Shown here: in pieces, positions 45,680 through 55,516 of the stretch
Numbering within the stretch: the stretch's first letter is position 1
How the letters are laid out: each line of letters opens with the position of its first letter
NCBI GenBank assembly: GCA_021790305.1
Contig: JAJYED010000003.1
Coordinates: 1-60,514, forward strand
DNA: 60,514 nt
From: Candidatus Micrarchaeota archaeon
GTDB lineage: Archaea; Micrarchaeota; Micrarchaeia; Micrarchaeales; CABMGC01
Direction of reading: 5' to 3'
Program-made: the position numbers and the translations under genes
Notes under the pieces: model-generated
What the model was told of the DNA's origin: nothing
Database searches by the model: none
Seen by the model: the letters and a program-made list of their open reading frames with translations, nothing else

Positions 45680-47061
45680 TGAAGTATAGGAATGAGAAGG
45701 ATGTTCTCGGAAGCGTAAGGCTGCCTGCAGATGCATATTACGGATCTGAGACGATGCGCGCTTACAACAACTTCCAGATATCAGGAGTAAAGGTCGGGAA
45801 AGAGCTTATCTACGCTTATGTAATTGTAAAGAGAGCGGCAGCTTCGGCCAACATGGATATAGGCAAGCTTGACAGCAGGAAGGGGAACGCGATAATCAAG
45901 GCGTGTGATTCTGTGCTTTCAGGCAAGCTCGATGAGAGCTTTGTTCTAGATTCCTTCCAGGCAGGTGCAGGTACAAGCACAAACATGAATGTAAATGAGG
46001 TCATAGCAAACAAGGCAATAGAGATACTTGGAGGAAAGAAGGGAGATTACAGGATCGTGCATCCGAATGACGACGTAAATATGTCGCAGTCTACAAATGA
46101 CACTATGCCTACAGCAATGAGAATTGCAATACATAAAGCGATAAACGATTCTCTCCTTGTTGAGATTGATGAACTCATAGCAACTATAGATAAGAAGAGC
46201 AAGGAGTTCAAATCGATAGTAAAGCTTGGCAGGACGCATCTTCAGGATGCCGTGCCCATACTGCTTGGCGAGGAATTCTCCTCTTATTCTTACGCGGCAG
46301 GAAGCGCAAGATCATACATCAAGGAAGCGGATGAAAAACTGCTTATGCTCCCCATAGGTGGCACAGCAGTAGGCACTGGGATGAATGCAGGCAACAGGTA
46401 CAGGAAGGCTGTCATCAAGGAGATAAGGAAACTTACAAAAGAGAATTTCTCCCTTATAGAGAGTCCTTTCGGGCCTATGTCAAACAAGATTGATGAACTT
46501 GCAGTAAGCGCATCATTAAGGGATTGTGCAGTTGCTTTGAATAAGTTTGCAAACGATCTTAGGCTCCTGAATTCCGGGCCGAGAGGAGGAATAGATGAGA
46601 TTAAGCTTCCTGCAGTTCAGCCAGGGTCTTCAATCATGCCAGGAAAGATTAATCCAAGCATGGCAGAGATGATGAATATGGTCTGCTTCCAGGTGATAGG
46701 AAACGACCTTGTAGTTAATGAAGCGGCTAATGCAGGGCAGCTTGAGCTAAACGTATATATGCCGATAATAGCATTCGACATACTCTTTTCCATAAGGATA
46801 CTCTCGAACGGAATGAAAGCGTTTAGGGAGAGATGCGTCAAGGGCATAACCGCAGATGAGAAGAGGATAAAACAGAACCTTGAGAATGACCTATCTATAG
46901 CAACTGCTCTGACCCCTCATATAGGCTATGCAAAGGCAGCGGACATTGCAAGAAAGGCGTTTCTCCAGAACAAGAGCGTAATGCAGGTATGCCTGGAGAT
47001 GAAGATAATGGATAGGAAGAAACTGCAGAAGATACTAGACCCTAAGAATGCAGTCAGATAA
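45679..47061 (+). CDS. Class II fumarate hydratase / aspartate ammonia-lyase family enzyme
   Basis: Signature GSSIMPGKINP, plus TNMNVNEVIANKA and SQSTNDTMPTA. The sdh context favours fumarase, while QSTND is more aspartase-like. Not resolvable by eye. Confidence 0.8.
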   Translation: MKYRNEKDVLGSVRLPADAYYGSETMRAYNNFQISGVKVGKELIYAYVIVKRAAASANMDIGKLDSRKGNAIIKACDSVLSGKLDESFVLDSFQAGAGTSTNMNVNEVIANKAIEILGGKKGDYRIVHPNDDVNMSQSTNDTMPTAMRIAIHKAINDSLLVEIDELIATIDKKSKEFKSIVKLGRTHLQDAVPILLGEEFSSYSYAAGSARSYIKEADEKLLMLPIGGTAVGTGMNAGNRYRKAVIKEIRKLTKENFSLIESPFGPMSNKIDELAVSASLRDCAVALNKFANDLRLLNSGPRGGIDEIKLPAVQPGSSIMPGKINPSMAEMMNMVCFQVIGNDLVVNEAANAGQLELNVYMPIIAFDILFSIRILSNGMKAFRERCVKGITADEKRIKQNLENDLSIATALTPHIGYAKAADIARKAFLQNKSVMQVCLEMKIMDRKKLQKILDPKNAVR

Positions 47062-47099
47062 ACGCAGTGCTGAATCCGCATCCTAATCGCACATCCGCA

Positions 47100-47696
47100 T
47101 CATGCTACTCTTAGCGCTTCTGCCATTGCTGCTTTAGTTTCTGTGAATATCTCCTGTTGCTGCTTTGCTTCCCTCTTGACTCCGACTATGATAGAGGATA
47201 TATAGGAAGGCGATTGGTTTGCATATATTATGAAATTTGCGCCTATATGCTCTACGGCATGCTCCATTGGGACATAAAATACCAATGGATGCCTTCCAGT
47301 ATATACATGTACATTCTTGTATATATCTACCCTTCCCTTCTTCAGCTCTCCCTTATCATTAAAGGTATAGCAATCAGGTACAGGAACGCTCCCATTCCCA
47401 TCGAACACCCCGTACCCTCCGATTGAGCCTGAACCTTCTATGTGGAAGAGTTTTCCCTCTAGCTTTTTTCTTAGATACGGGTATTTCAAGAAGCTGGCAA
47501 GAAGCTCGTCATGCTTGATAGGCCTAAGATTGTCCTCTTCCAGAAGTTCAAATGCATGCTTGCGCTTTGCATCGATGCTTGTTATGTATATGCCGCTATC
47601 CCATATCTGCTTGAAATCGTTGTTGAACCACTCTTCCTCCTTTGCAGGAGCTGCTTTCGTTTCACTCTGCCTCGCTCTGAATAGAGTAAATGCCAT
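47100..47696 (-). CDS. Hypothetical protein
   Basis: ORF only; no motif recognised. Confidence 0.4.
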   Translation of the reverse strand: MAFTLFRARQSETKAAPAKEEEWFNNDFKQIWDSGIYITSIDAKRKHAFELLEEDNLRPIKHDELLASFLKYPYLRKKLEGKLFHIEGSGSIGGYGVFDGNGSVPVPDCYTFNDKGELKKGRVDIYKNVHVYTGRHPLVFYVPMEHAVEHIGANFIIYANQSPSYISSIIVGVKREAKQQQEIFTETKAAMAEALRVA

Positions 47697-47810
47697 TTTG
47701 TCGCCAAAGACTCTATTGCGCAGGATTATGTATTAAAAAGCTTTCCCGCTCCTGCAAATTGTGGAATAAACAGAATGCCATTCCCAAAATACGAATCTCT
47801 AATTGCGAAT

Positions 47811-49142
47811 TCAGTTGTTTGGAAGTATGTTGTCGATGATAAAATCAGGATCGTAAGGCATCAGGTCATTGTATTTCTCTCCTATGCCGAAGAAGAGTAT
47901 AGGTATTGAGAGTTCGCTAAGGAGGGATATTGTATTGCCGCCTTTTGCATCGCAGTCTAGCTTTGTAAGTATTATGCCGTCTATCGATACCGCTTCATTC
48001 AGCGCTTTTACCTGGTCGAGCAGAGAGTTGCCTGCGATAGACTCGCCTATGAATATCTTCATGTCAGGTTTTGTGACTCTTGCTATCTTCTTCAGCTCTT
48101 CGACAAGGCTCTTGTTGGTCTCCTGCCTGCCGGCACTGTCCATCAATACAACGTCCACATTATGCGCCTTTGCATGTGCTATTGCATCGAAGGCTATGCT
48201 TGCAGGATCCGAGCCGTATGCACCCTTCACCACCCTTATTCCCAGTTTATCCGCATGGAATGTGGTCTGCTCTATCGCGGCTGCCCTGAAGGTGTCGCTT
48301 GCCGACATTACGCAGGTGAAGCCGTTTGTTATGAACATGTTCGCTATCTTTGCCATTGTCGTCGTCTTTCCTGCCCCGTTTGGACCTATGAAAAGGATCT
48401 TGAGGGGCAGCTCATGAGCGGCTTTCTTCTCCTTTGCAACTTCAAGAAGGTCTGAACCGCTTCTCTTTGCAAGGATCTTCTGTATCGACTCACGTATTAT
48501 CTGGCGTATCTCGTTGTCAAGCCCTCTGGAGCTTATGCTTCTGGAGAGCATGTCCTTCCTTATCTCATCCGTAAGCTTTTCCACTACGTCATAATTTACA
48601 TCTGATTCAAGAAGTCCTATCTTAAGTGCGCTTATGAACGGGTCTATGTCACCCTCTTTCAGGTGAACATTTCCCATGAATATCCCTTTTATCTTTGTTG
48701 CCGTCCCTACCGTTGGCTTTTTCTCATGATGCTTTTCTTGTACCTTAATCTCATCGTGCTTAGGAGCTGCAGGATGCGCTTTAGAAGAAGCAGCATGTTC
48801 CTCTTTCTTTTCTTCTTTTGGGCTTTGCGGCATTTTGATCTCTTCAGCATGTGCCTTGTCTGCATTCTGGTTCGGTTTATAGTGTTCTTCGTTCTTGGAT
48901 GTTTCACCGACGGTTTCCATTTCGATGTTTCTAGCTTCATTTACATGAGTGTGGCTCTTTTGTTTTGTAGTGGGTTCTTCTGCAATATGGACTTTATTGC
49001 GCTCCCCGATATCAGCTTTTTGCTCTTTTGTAATCGCTTCAGGATGCTGCTCCTGTTCTTCCTCTTTTTTAATCTCGGCCTTTTCCTTGCTTACTACCGA
49101 ATCCATGAAATTAGACAAGCGCTTCTTCAGCCCCTCGAACAT
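47811..49142 (-). CDS. ftsY: Signal recognition particle receptor FtsY with long K/E/H-rich N-terminal region
   Basis: MFEGLKKRL N-terminus. NG domain GPNGAGKTTT, DSAGR, TKLDCDAKGG. Confidence 0.9.
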   Translation of the reverse strand: MFEGLKKRLSNFMDSVVSKEKAEIKKEEEQEQHPEAITKEQKADIGERNKVHIAEEPTTKQKSHTHVNEARNIEMETVGETSKNEEHYKPNQNADKAHAEEIKMPQSPKEEKKEEHAASSKAHPAAPKHDEIKVQEKHHEKKPTVGTATKIKGIFMGNVHLKEGDIDPFISALKIGLLESDVNYDVVEKLTDEIRKDMLSRSISSRGLDNEIRQIIRESIQKILAKRSGSDLLEVAKEKKAAHELPLKILFIGPNGAGKTTTMAKIANMFITNGFTCVMSASDTFRAAAIEQTTFHADKLGIRVVKGAYGSDPASIAFDAIAHAKAHNVDVVLMDSAGRQETNKSLVEELKKIARVTKPDMKIFIGESIAGNSLLDQVKALNEAVSIDGIILTKLDCDAKGGNTISLLSELSIPILFFGIGEKYNDLMPYDPDFIIDNILPNN

Positions 49143-49164
49143 CTACACCACTGACCGTATTTTT

Positions 49165-49608
49165 CTACAGCAATCCCTGTGCCTGTAGCGCACCTAACCT
49201 GTAGTTTATGTCAGCAAGCTCCTCCCGGATCTTCTGCCTCTGTGTTATCAGCTTGGACATAAGCTCATCCGCCTTCTTTATCCTATCATCAAAGAACTGC
49301 TTTGCATCGTCAAGATTCTGCTCCACAAGATATCCCGCGCCTATATATGTTATTACGCTGTTGATCTTTTTTGTTTCGGCATTCAGATACATGCCCCCTT
49401 CCGTATTTACCAGTATCTCCTTCCCTTCCATCCTCTTGCTGCCTTCCAGTATCTCTATGTTGCCTCTCAGCACAATCTGCATTGCCGTATAATTGTCTAT
49501 GCTCTGGTTCAGCACCTCGTATTGCTGCGAGTATGCCTGCTGAAGGTACTGGAGCTGCGCGTAGAGCTCATTCGCATCCGGTGTCCTCTCGTTATTCTCT
49601 GAAGCCAT
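49165..49608 (-). CDS. pfdA: Prefoldin alpha subunit
   Basis: Coiled coil, beta-hairpins, coiled coil layout (LQYLQQAYSQQYEVL...VNTEGGMYLNAE...GAGYLVEQ...). Conserved position between ftsY and eIF6/L31e. Start taken at ATG 49608. Confidence 0.75.
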   Translation of the reverse strand: MASENNERTPDANELYAQLQYLQQAYSQQYEVLNQSIDNYTAMQIVLRGNIEILEGSKRMEGKEILVNTEGGMYLNAETKKINSVITYIGAGYLVEQNLDDAKQFFDDRIKKADELMSKLITQRQKIREELADINYRLGALQAQGLL

Positions 49609-49652
49609 GAATACCACTATTTATTCTATTATTATAATAATAAATTCTTGCA

Positions 49653-50318
49653 TCATTCGCTGAGCCCTTCCTCCATCCTTGCAAGCTCGAATCCTGTCGT
49701 GTCCTCTCCGACTATGATACCCTTTGTATTAGCAACAGAGGCAAGGCCTACGAATACAGAGCCAAGGTTTGCCGTTGACTGTGAAACGTTCTTTACAATG
49801 CTCTTTGCCTCTTCAAGCTCACGTTCAGAGGCAAAGTTATTGAGGACCATGCCCTTATTTGTAAGTATATTGTTTGCACCTACCGTCTCGTATCCGCCTA
49901 TCGCCATCCTTATTATCTCTACGTCAAGCACATCGGCTATAACATCAGATTCCGCCCTTTGGAAATTCGGGTTTATTATTGCTACCTTGTCGTTAGCCAG
50001 GATGTTGTTGCCAAGCGCATTCATGTCGCTCTTCAGCGTGCCTATCCTGAGCTTGTCCTTCAGATGATTGAGCTCCTTCAGCTCTTCGGTGTAGGTCATC
50101 TCCGGAAAAAGAATGCCGTTTGAATTGAGTACCGTATATATACCGACAAGGTTTGAACCGCTGACAGATATCCTGAATATGTCCGTGCCCAGCGTCTCGC
50201 GTATTATGGATTCGTCCTTTGTGGATACTCCCCTGCTTATCAGGGTGATGTCTTCAGAGGAAGACGAGAAAGCGCCGACATAGCTATTCCCGTTTATGTT
50301 CCTCTTTAATAGGTTCAT
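49653..50318 (-). CDS. eif6: Translation initiation factor 6 (aIF6)
   Basis: Pentein repeats with NGNSYVGAF, GSNLVGIY, LGNNILANDK, VGANNILTNKG, SVFVGLASVANTKG. Confidence 0.85.
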   Translation of the reverse strand: MNLLKRNINGNSYVGAFSSSSEDITLISRGVSTKDESIIRETLGTDIFRISVSGSNLVGIYTVLNSNGILFPEMTYTEELKELNHLKDKLRIGTLKSDMNALGNNILANDKVAIINPNFQRAESDVIADVLDVEIIRMAIGGYETVGANNILTNKGMVLNNFASERELEEAKSIVKNVSQSTANLGSVFVGLASVANTKGIIVGEDTTGFELARMEEGLSE

Positions 50319-50776
50319 TCCTTTTTACCTTCTTTGGACTCTTTTTCGACCTTCTTTTCCTGCTTTTTGTCAGTATCTGGCTTTGCAGCAGCGCTGCCCT
50401 GTGCCGCAGGCTTTGCGCTTTCCGATGCTGCCTTTGCAGGCTTTGCTTCATCCTTCTTCGGTGCAGCACTTACGGCCTTTGCAGAAGGCTTCTGCTTGTC
50501 AGCCTGTGCCTGCTTCTGTACAGGTTTTGCGCCGTGCAGAGCTACCTTGACCACATTTCCAGACCTGCTCACGTTAAGCTTTATCTTTGACCTGTTCTTT
50601 ATAGCAGTGGAGAGAAGATAGTTGTTTACCTCAGGATCTATGCTTACGAAGCCCACATCTACCTTTGCACTTCTTGCTACAAGGAACCTTATCCTTGAAG
50701 CTGCGTTCCTTATGCCTCTCGGCTTTCGCATCTCTCCGAGTTTCTTGCTGAGACTTATTGTCATTACGCTTTCCAT
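50315..50776 (-). CDS. rpl31e: Ribosomal protein L31e (eL31) with about 70-aa K/A/P/E-rich C-terminal extension
   Basis: Core KPRGIRNAASRIRFLVARSAKVDVGFVSIDPEVNNYL. Tail KPVQKQAQADKQKPSAKAVSAAPKKDEAKPAKAASESAKPAAQGSAAAKPDTDKKQEKKVEKESKEGKKE. ATGA overlap with eif6. Confidence 0.8.
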   Translation of the reverse strand: MESVMTISLSKKLGEMRKPRGIRNAASRIRFLVARSAKVDVGFVSIDPEVNNYLLSTAIKNRSKIKLNVSRSGNVVKVALHGAKPVQKQAQADKQKPSAKAVSAAPKKDEAKPAKAASESAKPAAQGSAAAKPDTDKKQEKKVEKESKEGKKE

Positions 50777-50830
50777 AAAATAACCCTTATAGAGTATAAG
50801 ACCTTGATATTATTGCACTGAATAAGTTTA

Positions 50831-51658
50831 TTACTTTTGCTTTTTTGTAAGAACCGCGTTTTCAAGCGCTGATCCGCAGCTGCAGCTCCTTTTTTCAGGC
50901 AATTCCTTTATTATTCCGGTGACAAGTTCCTTGACAGAGGCCATTGACTTTGCAAAACTCTCCTCTATGTCCTTCGTTGTGACCTTATCCACATCCTCTC
51001 TGCCCTCTATGCCTGCATCATAATCCGTGACTATGCCTATGCCAAGGTAGCAGATCTGCTTCTCCCTTGCAAGGATGACTTCGGGGTACTGCGTCATGTT
51101 TATGACGTCAAAGCCGTTTGCCTTGTAGTATTTTGATTCTGCCTTAGTAGAGAACCGCGGTCCGTTTACTACCACTACCGTACCTGAGTCATGATATCGT
51201 ATGCCCATTCGCTTTGCAACTGATGAACCTATCCTTCTCAGCTGTTCGCAGTACGGGTCTGCGGAGCTCACATGGACAACGCAGTCTTCGTCGAAAAAGG
51301 TGTCGTTCCTGCCATTTGTCATGTTTACGAACTGGTCGAAGAAGAGTATGTCCCCTGGCACGTAGTCTTCCCTTAGGGAGCCTACTGCATTGGTTGCTAT
51401 TATGCGCTTCACTCCAAGGCTGGAGAGCGCTTCTATGTTGGCCCTGTAATTGACCTTGTGCGGAGGTATAGTATGATTCTTGGAATGCCTTGCAAGGAAG
51501 GCAGTCTTTCTGTTCCCAAGGCTGCCTATGGCTATGCCCTCGCTCGGTTCGCCGTAGCTGTTGTTGTCATGCATGATGACAGGCTTCTTTATCATAGAGT
51601 AGAAACCTGAGCCTCCTATCACTCCTATCTCCGCATCCATGCTCTTACCCTTTGACAT
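50831..51658 (-). CDS. mtnP: S-methyl-5'-thioadenosine phosphorylase (PNP family)
   Basis: IGVIGGSGFY, FLARHSKNHTIPPHKVNYRANI, VINMTQYPEV. Confidence 0.85.
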   Translation of the reverse strand: MSKGKSMDAEIGVIGGSGFYSMIKKPVIMHDNNSYGEPSEGIAIGSLGNRKTAFLARHSKNHTIPPHKVNYRANIEALSSLGVKRIIATNAVGSLREDYVPGDILFFDQFVNMTNGRNDTFFDEDCVVHVSSADPYCEQLRRIGSSVAKRMGIRYHDSGTVVVVNGPRFSTKAESKYYKANGFDVINMTQYPEVILAREKQICYLGIGIVTDYDAGIEGREDVDKVTTKDIEESFAKSMASVKELVTGIIKELPEKRSCSCGSALENAVLTKKQK

Positions 51659-51685
51659 CTACTCATTCCTTTTGCTTTTATCTCT

Positions 51686-52906
51686 TTATTTCTTTGCCTT
51701 AGCCTTGGACTTTCCAGACCTTCTCCTTAATACCATTGCGACTATTATTATCACTACTATCAGCACTATCACATAGGTCTCATAGGCACTTGCTGCAGAG
51801 TTACTTTCTCCAACTGCAATGAAGTAGTTGTTTGAGCCGGTGAACTGCTGGTTTACAGAGCCGCTTGGCTGCTTCCACTGCTCATATAGGGTTACAGGAT
51901 AGTTGCCAGGCACTCCTGCGGTATCTATACTTACAAGGAAGGTCACATTCGTAGATGCGCCAGGCTGCAGCTCATTCACGTATGCGGAGCTCGCTATTGG
52001 AGTTATCGGGTATGGCGTCTCGAGATTCAGCTGAACCTGGTCTGCAGGACTTGTCCCAGTGTTGGTTATCCTGAAGTTTACAGGCACGTCTGTCGCGCCT
52101 ATTCCCGGGCTCTGGCCCTCCGAGATTATTGCAAACTGTGCTGAAGGCGCAACCGAGACATTTATGCGCTGCGTGCTGGTGAAGTGCTTGTTCAGTCTTG
52201 CTGAGTAATAGGTGGTGTTTACAATAAGGTATGGATTACCTGTTCCATTCGCAGATATCAGTATAGGCTCGACCTGTTCGGAACCTCTTGTAAGGTTTGA
52301 TATGAAGAATGATTTTACGGAGCTCAGTATGTTAAGCCCTCTTGAGCCGCTGATAGTTACACTGACATTCCTTGCTGTGCCATAACCAGTATTCTGGATT
52401 GATAGGCTCAGCGTCTGGTTGTATCCGGTATAAAGCGTTGATGGCTGCGGATTTGTTGCCTGGACTGTTATTGCAGGCTTGCCCTGTACATAGAAGCTTA
52501 CCGGCATTGAAGATGAAGCTATTTCCGTTGCCTGTGTTGAATATAGCATATACGTTGCAGTAAAGGTAAGCGTGTACGTACCCGAAGGCGTTGTGTTAGG
52601 TATTTCTATAGTGTAATTGTAATACTTTGCATTCAGTCCGGGATCCAGCACGCCTATCGGATGGCTGTTAAGCGGAGATACATTGAGCAGCGGATAACTG
52701 CCTGTCGGCTGCAGGGTCGTTCCGTAGAGCCAGTAGTTGTAAGTGTTGTACAACTGGAACTTTATAGTAGCATTACCTCCTGCTATTACAGGATTTGGCG
52801 AGACAGATACGTTTGTCAGTGATACCGAGTTGGCATACTGCGCACTGGCTACGCCGCTCATTACCGCTATAATGGCAAGAGCCAGAAAGATTGTTTGCAT
52901 TTTCAT
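51686..52906 (-). CDS. Secreted CARDB/S-layer-like repeat protein with C-terminal TM anchor, co-oriented with the ABC exporter
   Basis: Signal peptide MQTIFLALAIIAVMSGVASA. Repeated beta-sandwich-like modules (VSPNPVIAGGNATIKFQLYNT, LSIQNTGYGTARNVSVTI, VNFRITNTGTSPADQVQLNL). C-terminal VIVLIVVIIIVAMVLRRRSGK. Confidence 0.5.
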   Translation of the reverse strand: MKMQTIFLALAIIAVMSGVASAQYANSVSLTNVSVSPNPVIAGGNATIKFQLYNTYNYWLYGTTLQPTGSYPLLNVSPLNSHPIGVLDPGLNAKYYNYTIEIPNTTPSGTYTLTFTATYMLYSTQATEIASSSMPVSFYVQGKPAITVQATNPQPSTLYTGYNQTLSLSIQNTGYGTARNVSVTISGSRGLNILSSVKSFFISNLTRGSEQVEPILISANGTGNPYLIVNTTYYSARLNKHFTSTQRINVSVAPSAQFAIISEGQSPGIGATDVPVNFRITNTGTSPADQVQLNLETPYPITPIASSAYVNELQPGASTNVTFLVSIDTAGVPGNYPVTLYEQWKQPSGSVNQQFTGSNNYFIAVGESNSAASAYETYVIVLIVVIIIVAMVLRRRSGKSKAKAKK

Positions 52907-52924
52907 TTTTACACCTATTAAGAA

Positions 52925-54037
52925 TCATATTTGCTTGCTCGTATCCCTGAAGAGCACGAATGCAAGTGCAGACATTAGCAGGGCGAAGAACAGCAGTATT
53001 GCAGATGTGGATATTAGCGTAGGCAATGGCAGGAAGCCCTTGATCATTATATCCCTTACAGCATTTACTGCATATGTTAATGGATCAAGAGTGACTACAG
53101 GGAGCAGGAATTTTGGAAGCAGGGTTACAGGTACGAACGCTCCTCCAAGGAAGGATAATGGCAGAGCTAATGTCTGCCCGATAAGTGCATATGTCTGCTG
53201 ATCCCTTGCCCTTGTCGCCAACGCTATTGCAAGCGCACCGAAGCCCAGGCCTACCAGAAGGATTATCCACAGAAGCTCTATGAACCCTACAAGACCTGCT
53301 GCTATTGTTGCTCCGTAGAGCAGTCCTATGACCAGTCCCACATAATCTGAGAAGACCGACTGGAATGTTCCGTAAGCTATCTTGCTAAGAAGCACGGAAA
53401 AGTTGTTTATCGGCGTTGTCAGGAATGCCTTCAGATTGCCGAGCTGCCTGTCGCCTATCATTGTGAATCCTGCACTGAATATCGCTCCGAACGATGCTAC
53501 CATCACAAGTATTCCCCCTACGACAAAGCTGATGTAGTTGCTGCTAGCACCGTACGCATAGCTGGATATGACAGACACGGGCGAGCCCTGTAACGATGTT
53601 CCACCAAACTGCGCAGCTGCTGTATTGACCTGTGCGTTAACCACTGCTGCGGATTGAGGCTGCGAATTATCAAGGTAGACATGTATCTGGGAGTTGGAGC
53701 CATAACCCGTGGAGAAGCCGCTGGGTATTATCACTACACCTGCTACGGATCCGTCTGAAAGCATGCTCATCGCATCCTGCTGGTTTGTCTGCGAGACTAT
53801 TACTACACTGCTTCCTGATTGGAGCGTGTTTATGAATTTTAGCGCCGCGGGCCCTGAAGCGTAGTTTACAACTGCAACAGGGACATTCCTTGGAGAGCTG
53901 CCGAAGCTTCCAAGAAGCAGTACAAAGAGGAGCGGGAATATCGTAGATCTTACCGCATTCATGGCTATGTTCTTCTTGAAGATAAGCATCTCCCTGTAGA
54001 ACAGTGTATAAGAGTCGGTGATTATTCCCATTTTCAT
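52925..54037 (-). CDS. ABC-2 type transporter permease
   Basis: N-terminal TM, large extracytoplasmic loop, then five C-terminal TMs, which is typical ABC-2 topology. Overlaps the ATPase gene stop. Confidence 0.75.
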   Translation of the reverse strand: MKMGIITDSYTLFYREMLIFKKNIAMNAVRSTIFPLLFVLLLGSFGSSPRNVPVAVVNYASGPAALKFINTLQSGSSVVIVSQTNQQDAMSMLSDGSVAGVVIIPSGFSTGYGSNSQIHVYLDNSQPQSAAVVNAQVNTAAAQFGGTSLQGSPVSVISSYAYGASSNYISFVVGGILVMVASFGAIFSAGFTMIGDRQLGNLKAFLTTPINNFSVLLSKIAYGTFQSVFSDYVGLVIGLLYGATIAAGLVGFIELLWIILLVGLGFGALAIALATRARDQQTYALIGQTLALPLSFLGGAFVPVTLLPKFLLPVVTLDPLTYAVNAVRDIMIKGFLPLPTLISTSAILLFFALLMSALAFVLFRDTSKQI

Positions 54038-55026
54038 TACCTTCTGCTCAAAAGCTGTCTTCCTTTATATTCTCCGGAGGTGTCCCTGGCCTCGGAGCCC
54101 GTAAGCTTCAGGAAGACGTCGTCTATTGTGGGCTCGTGCATGCTCACATTGCGTACGTTTATCTTTGCAGTAGACATTGCCGAAAGCAATGATTCTATCT
54201 TCTTTGTTGCGTTGCTCCCTCCCGGCGCGGTAACCTTGCTGTTGAGTATGGTCGGTTCCAGCCCTATCTTCCTGAATATGCCTGCCACTTTCTGCAGATC
54301 CTCCTTGTCTGCAGTTATCTCTATCACATTTGTAAGGCCTATGTTAGTCCTAAGTTCGTCCGGGGTTCCAAGCGCTATCAGCTTGCCGTGGTCTATTATG
54401 CCTATCCTGTCGCAGAGCTGATCTGCCTCTTCCAGATACTGCGTTGTCATGAGAATCGTCACTCCCTGCTTCTTGTTTATGTCCCTGAGCAGGTTCCATA
54501 TCTGTGCCCTGTTCTGTATGTCAAGTCCTGTCGTAGGCTCGTCAAGCAGGATTATCTCCGGAGTGTGCATCAGCGATTTTGCAACCTCCAGTCTTCTCTT
54601 CATACCTCCTGAAAAGGTACCTGCGTAGGACTTCCTGAACTGTACAAGGTCAGAGAGCTCCAGGGCGAACTCTATGCTATTATGAAGCTCTGATCTAGGT
54701 ATATGGTATAGTTTCCCGAATATCATCAGATTCTGCTCTGCGGTAAGCTCAGGTTCCACTACGGTCTCCTGCGTCACTACGCCTATGTGCGTCCTTGCCT
54801 TAACAGGATCGCCGCTCATGTCCACCCCGTTTATCAATATTCTTCCTGAGGTAGGCTGGAGCAGCCCGAGGAGCATGCTTATCGTAGTGCTCTTCCCTGC
54901 CCCGTTTGGTCCCAGGAGTCCGAATATCTCTCCCTTTTTAATCTTCAGATTTACTCCGTTGACTGCAGTGAAGTCTCCGAACCTCTTGACTACGTTTTCT
55001 ATACTCACTGCATATTCTTCGGCCAT
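54037..55026 (-). CDS. ABC transporter ATP-binding protein
   Basis: Walker A GPNGAGKST, signature FSGGMKRRL, Walker B ILLDEPTTGLD. Confidence 0.9.
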   Translation of the reverse strand: MAEEYAVSIENVVKRFGDFTAVNGVNLKIKKGEIFGLLGPNGAGKSTTISMLLGLLQPTSGRILINGVDMSGDPVKARTHIGVVTQETVVEPELTAEQNLMIFGKLYHIPRSELHNSIEFALELSDLVQFRKSYAGTFSGGMKRRLEVAKSLMHTPEIILLDEPTTGLDIQNRAQIWNLLRDINKKQGVTILMTTQYLEEADQLCDRIGIIDHGKLIALGTPDELRTNIGLTNVIEITADKEDLQKVAGIFRKIGLEPTILNSKVTAPGGSNATKKIESLLSAMSTAKINVRNVSMHEPTIDDVFLKLTGSEARDTSGEYKGRQLLSRR

Positions 55027-55400
55027 TAATTGTCACCCATTAGCATTGAGAACGCCTTTATCATCTCTTCGCGTATCTTCATCGCCTTCTTCAGGGCTTC
55101 CTGTCCCTTCTTTGTAGATTTATAATATTTGTGTATCCTGCCTGACTTCAGCTCGGTCTTTGATGTTATGTACCCCTGCTTCTCAAGCGCGCTTATGGCA
55201 TTGTACACATCGCTTTTGGTCACGTCAGATAGCAATCCCTTTCCGTGCCATGCCTCACAGCCCTTCTTCATATCGCTTGCGATCGAATATGGATAGTTCC
55301 AATCCTTAAGCTTGCTGAGGATGACTACCTTCAGCACGTATTTGGATATCTCCTTGTAAGGATTGCCTAATGGTTTGTGTATATTTGCTGCAGAGGACAT
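55026..55400 (-). CDS. PadR-family transcriptional regulator
   Basis: VLKVVILSKLKDWNYPYSIASDM...YNAISALEKQGYITSK...RIHKYYKSTKKGQEAL. Confidence 0.75.
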   Translation of the reverse strand: MSSAANIHKPLGNPYKEISKYVLKVVILSKLKDWNYPYSIASDMKKGCEAWHGKGLLSDVTKSDVYNAISALEKQGYITSKTELKSGRIHKYYKSTKKGQEALKKAMKIREEMIKAFSMLMGDN

Positions 55401-55401
55401 A

Positions 55402-55431
55402 GTTTAAATTTAGACTAATATATATTTAAAC
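55402..55431. promoter_or_regulatory. 8-bp inverted repeat (GTTTAAAT-N14-ATTTAAAC) directly upstream of padR: candidate operator/TATA region
   Basis: Arms at 55402-55409 and 55424-55431 are exact reverse complements. Confidence 0.3.
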
Positions 55432-55477
55432 CTTACTTGATTCTCTTTAGGAGCTTCCTTAGAAAGCGTGCCCTAAT

Positions 55478-55494
55478 AAGCATTTAAAATGCTT
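55478..55494. promoter_or_regulatory. Perfect palindrome AAGCATTT-A-AAATGCTT, 23-39 nt upstream of the GT2 gene
   Basis: Arms are exact reverse complements. The centre TTTAAAA is TATA-like. Confidence 0.3.
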
Positions 55495-55516
55495 CGAGTA
55501 TATTATAATTGGTCGT

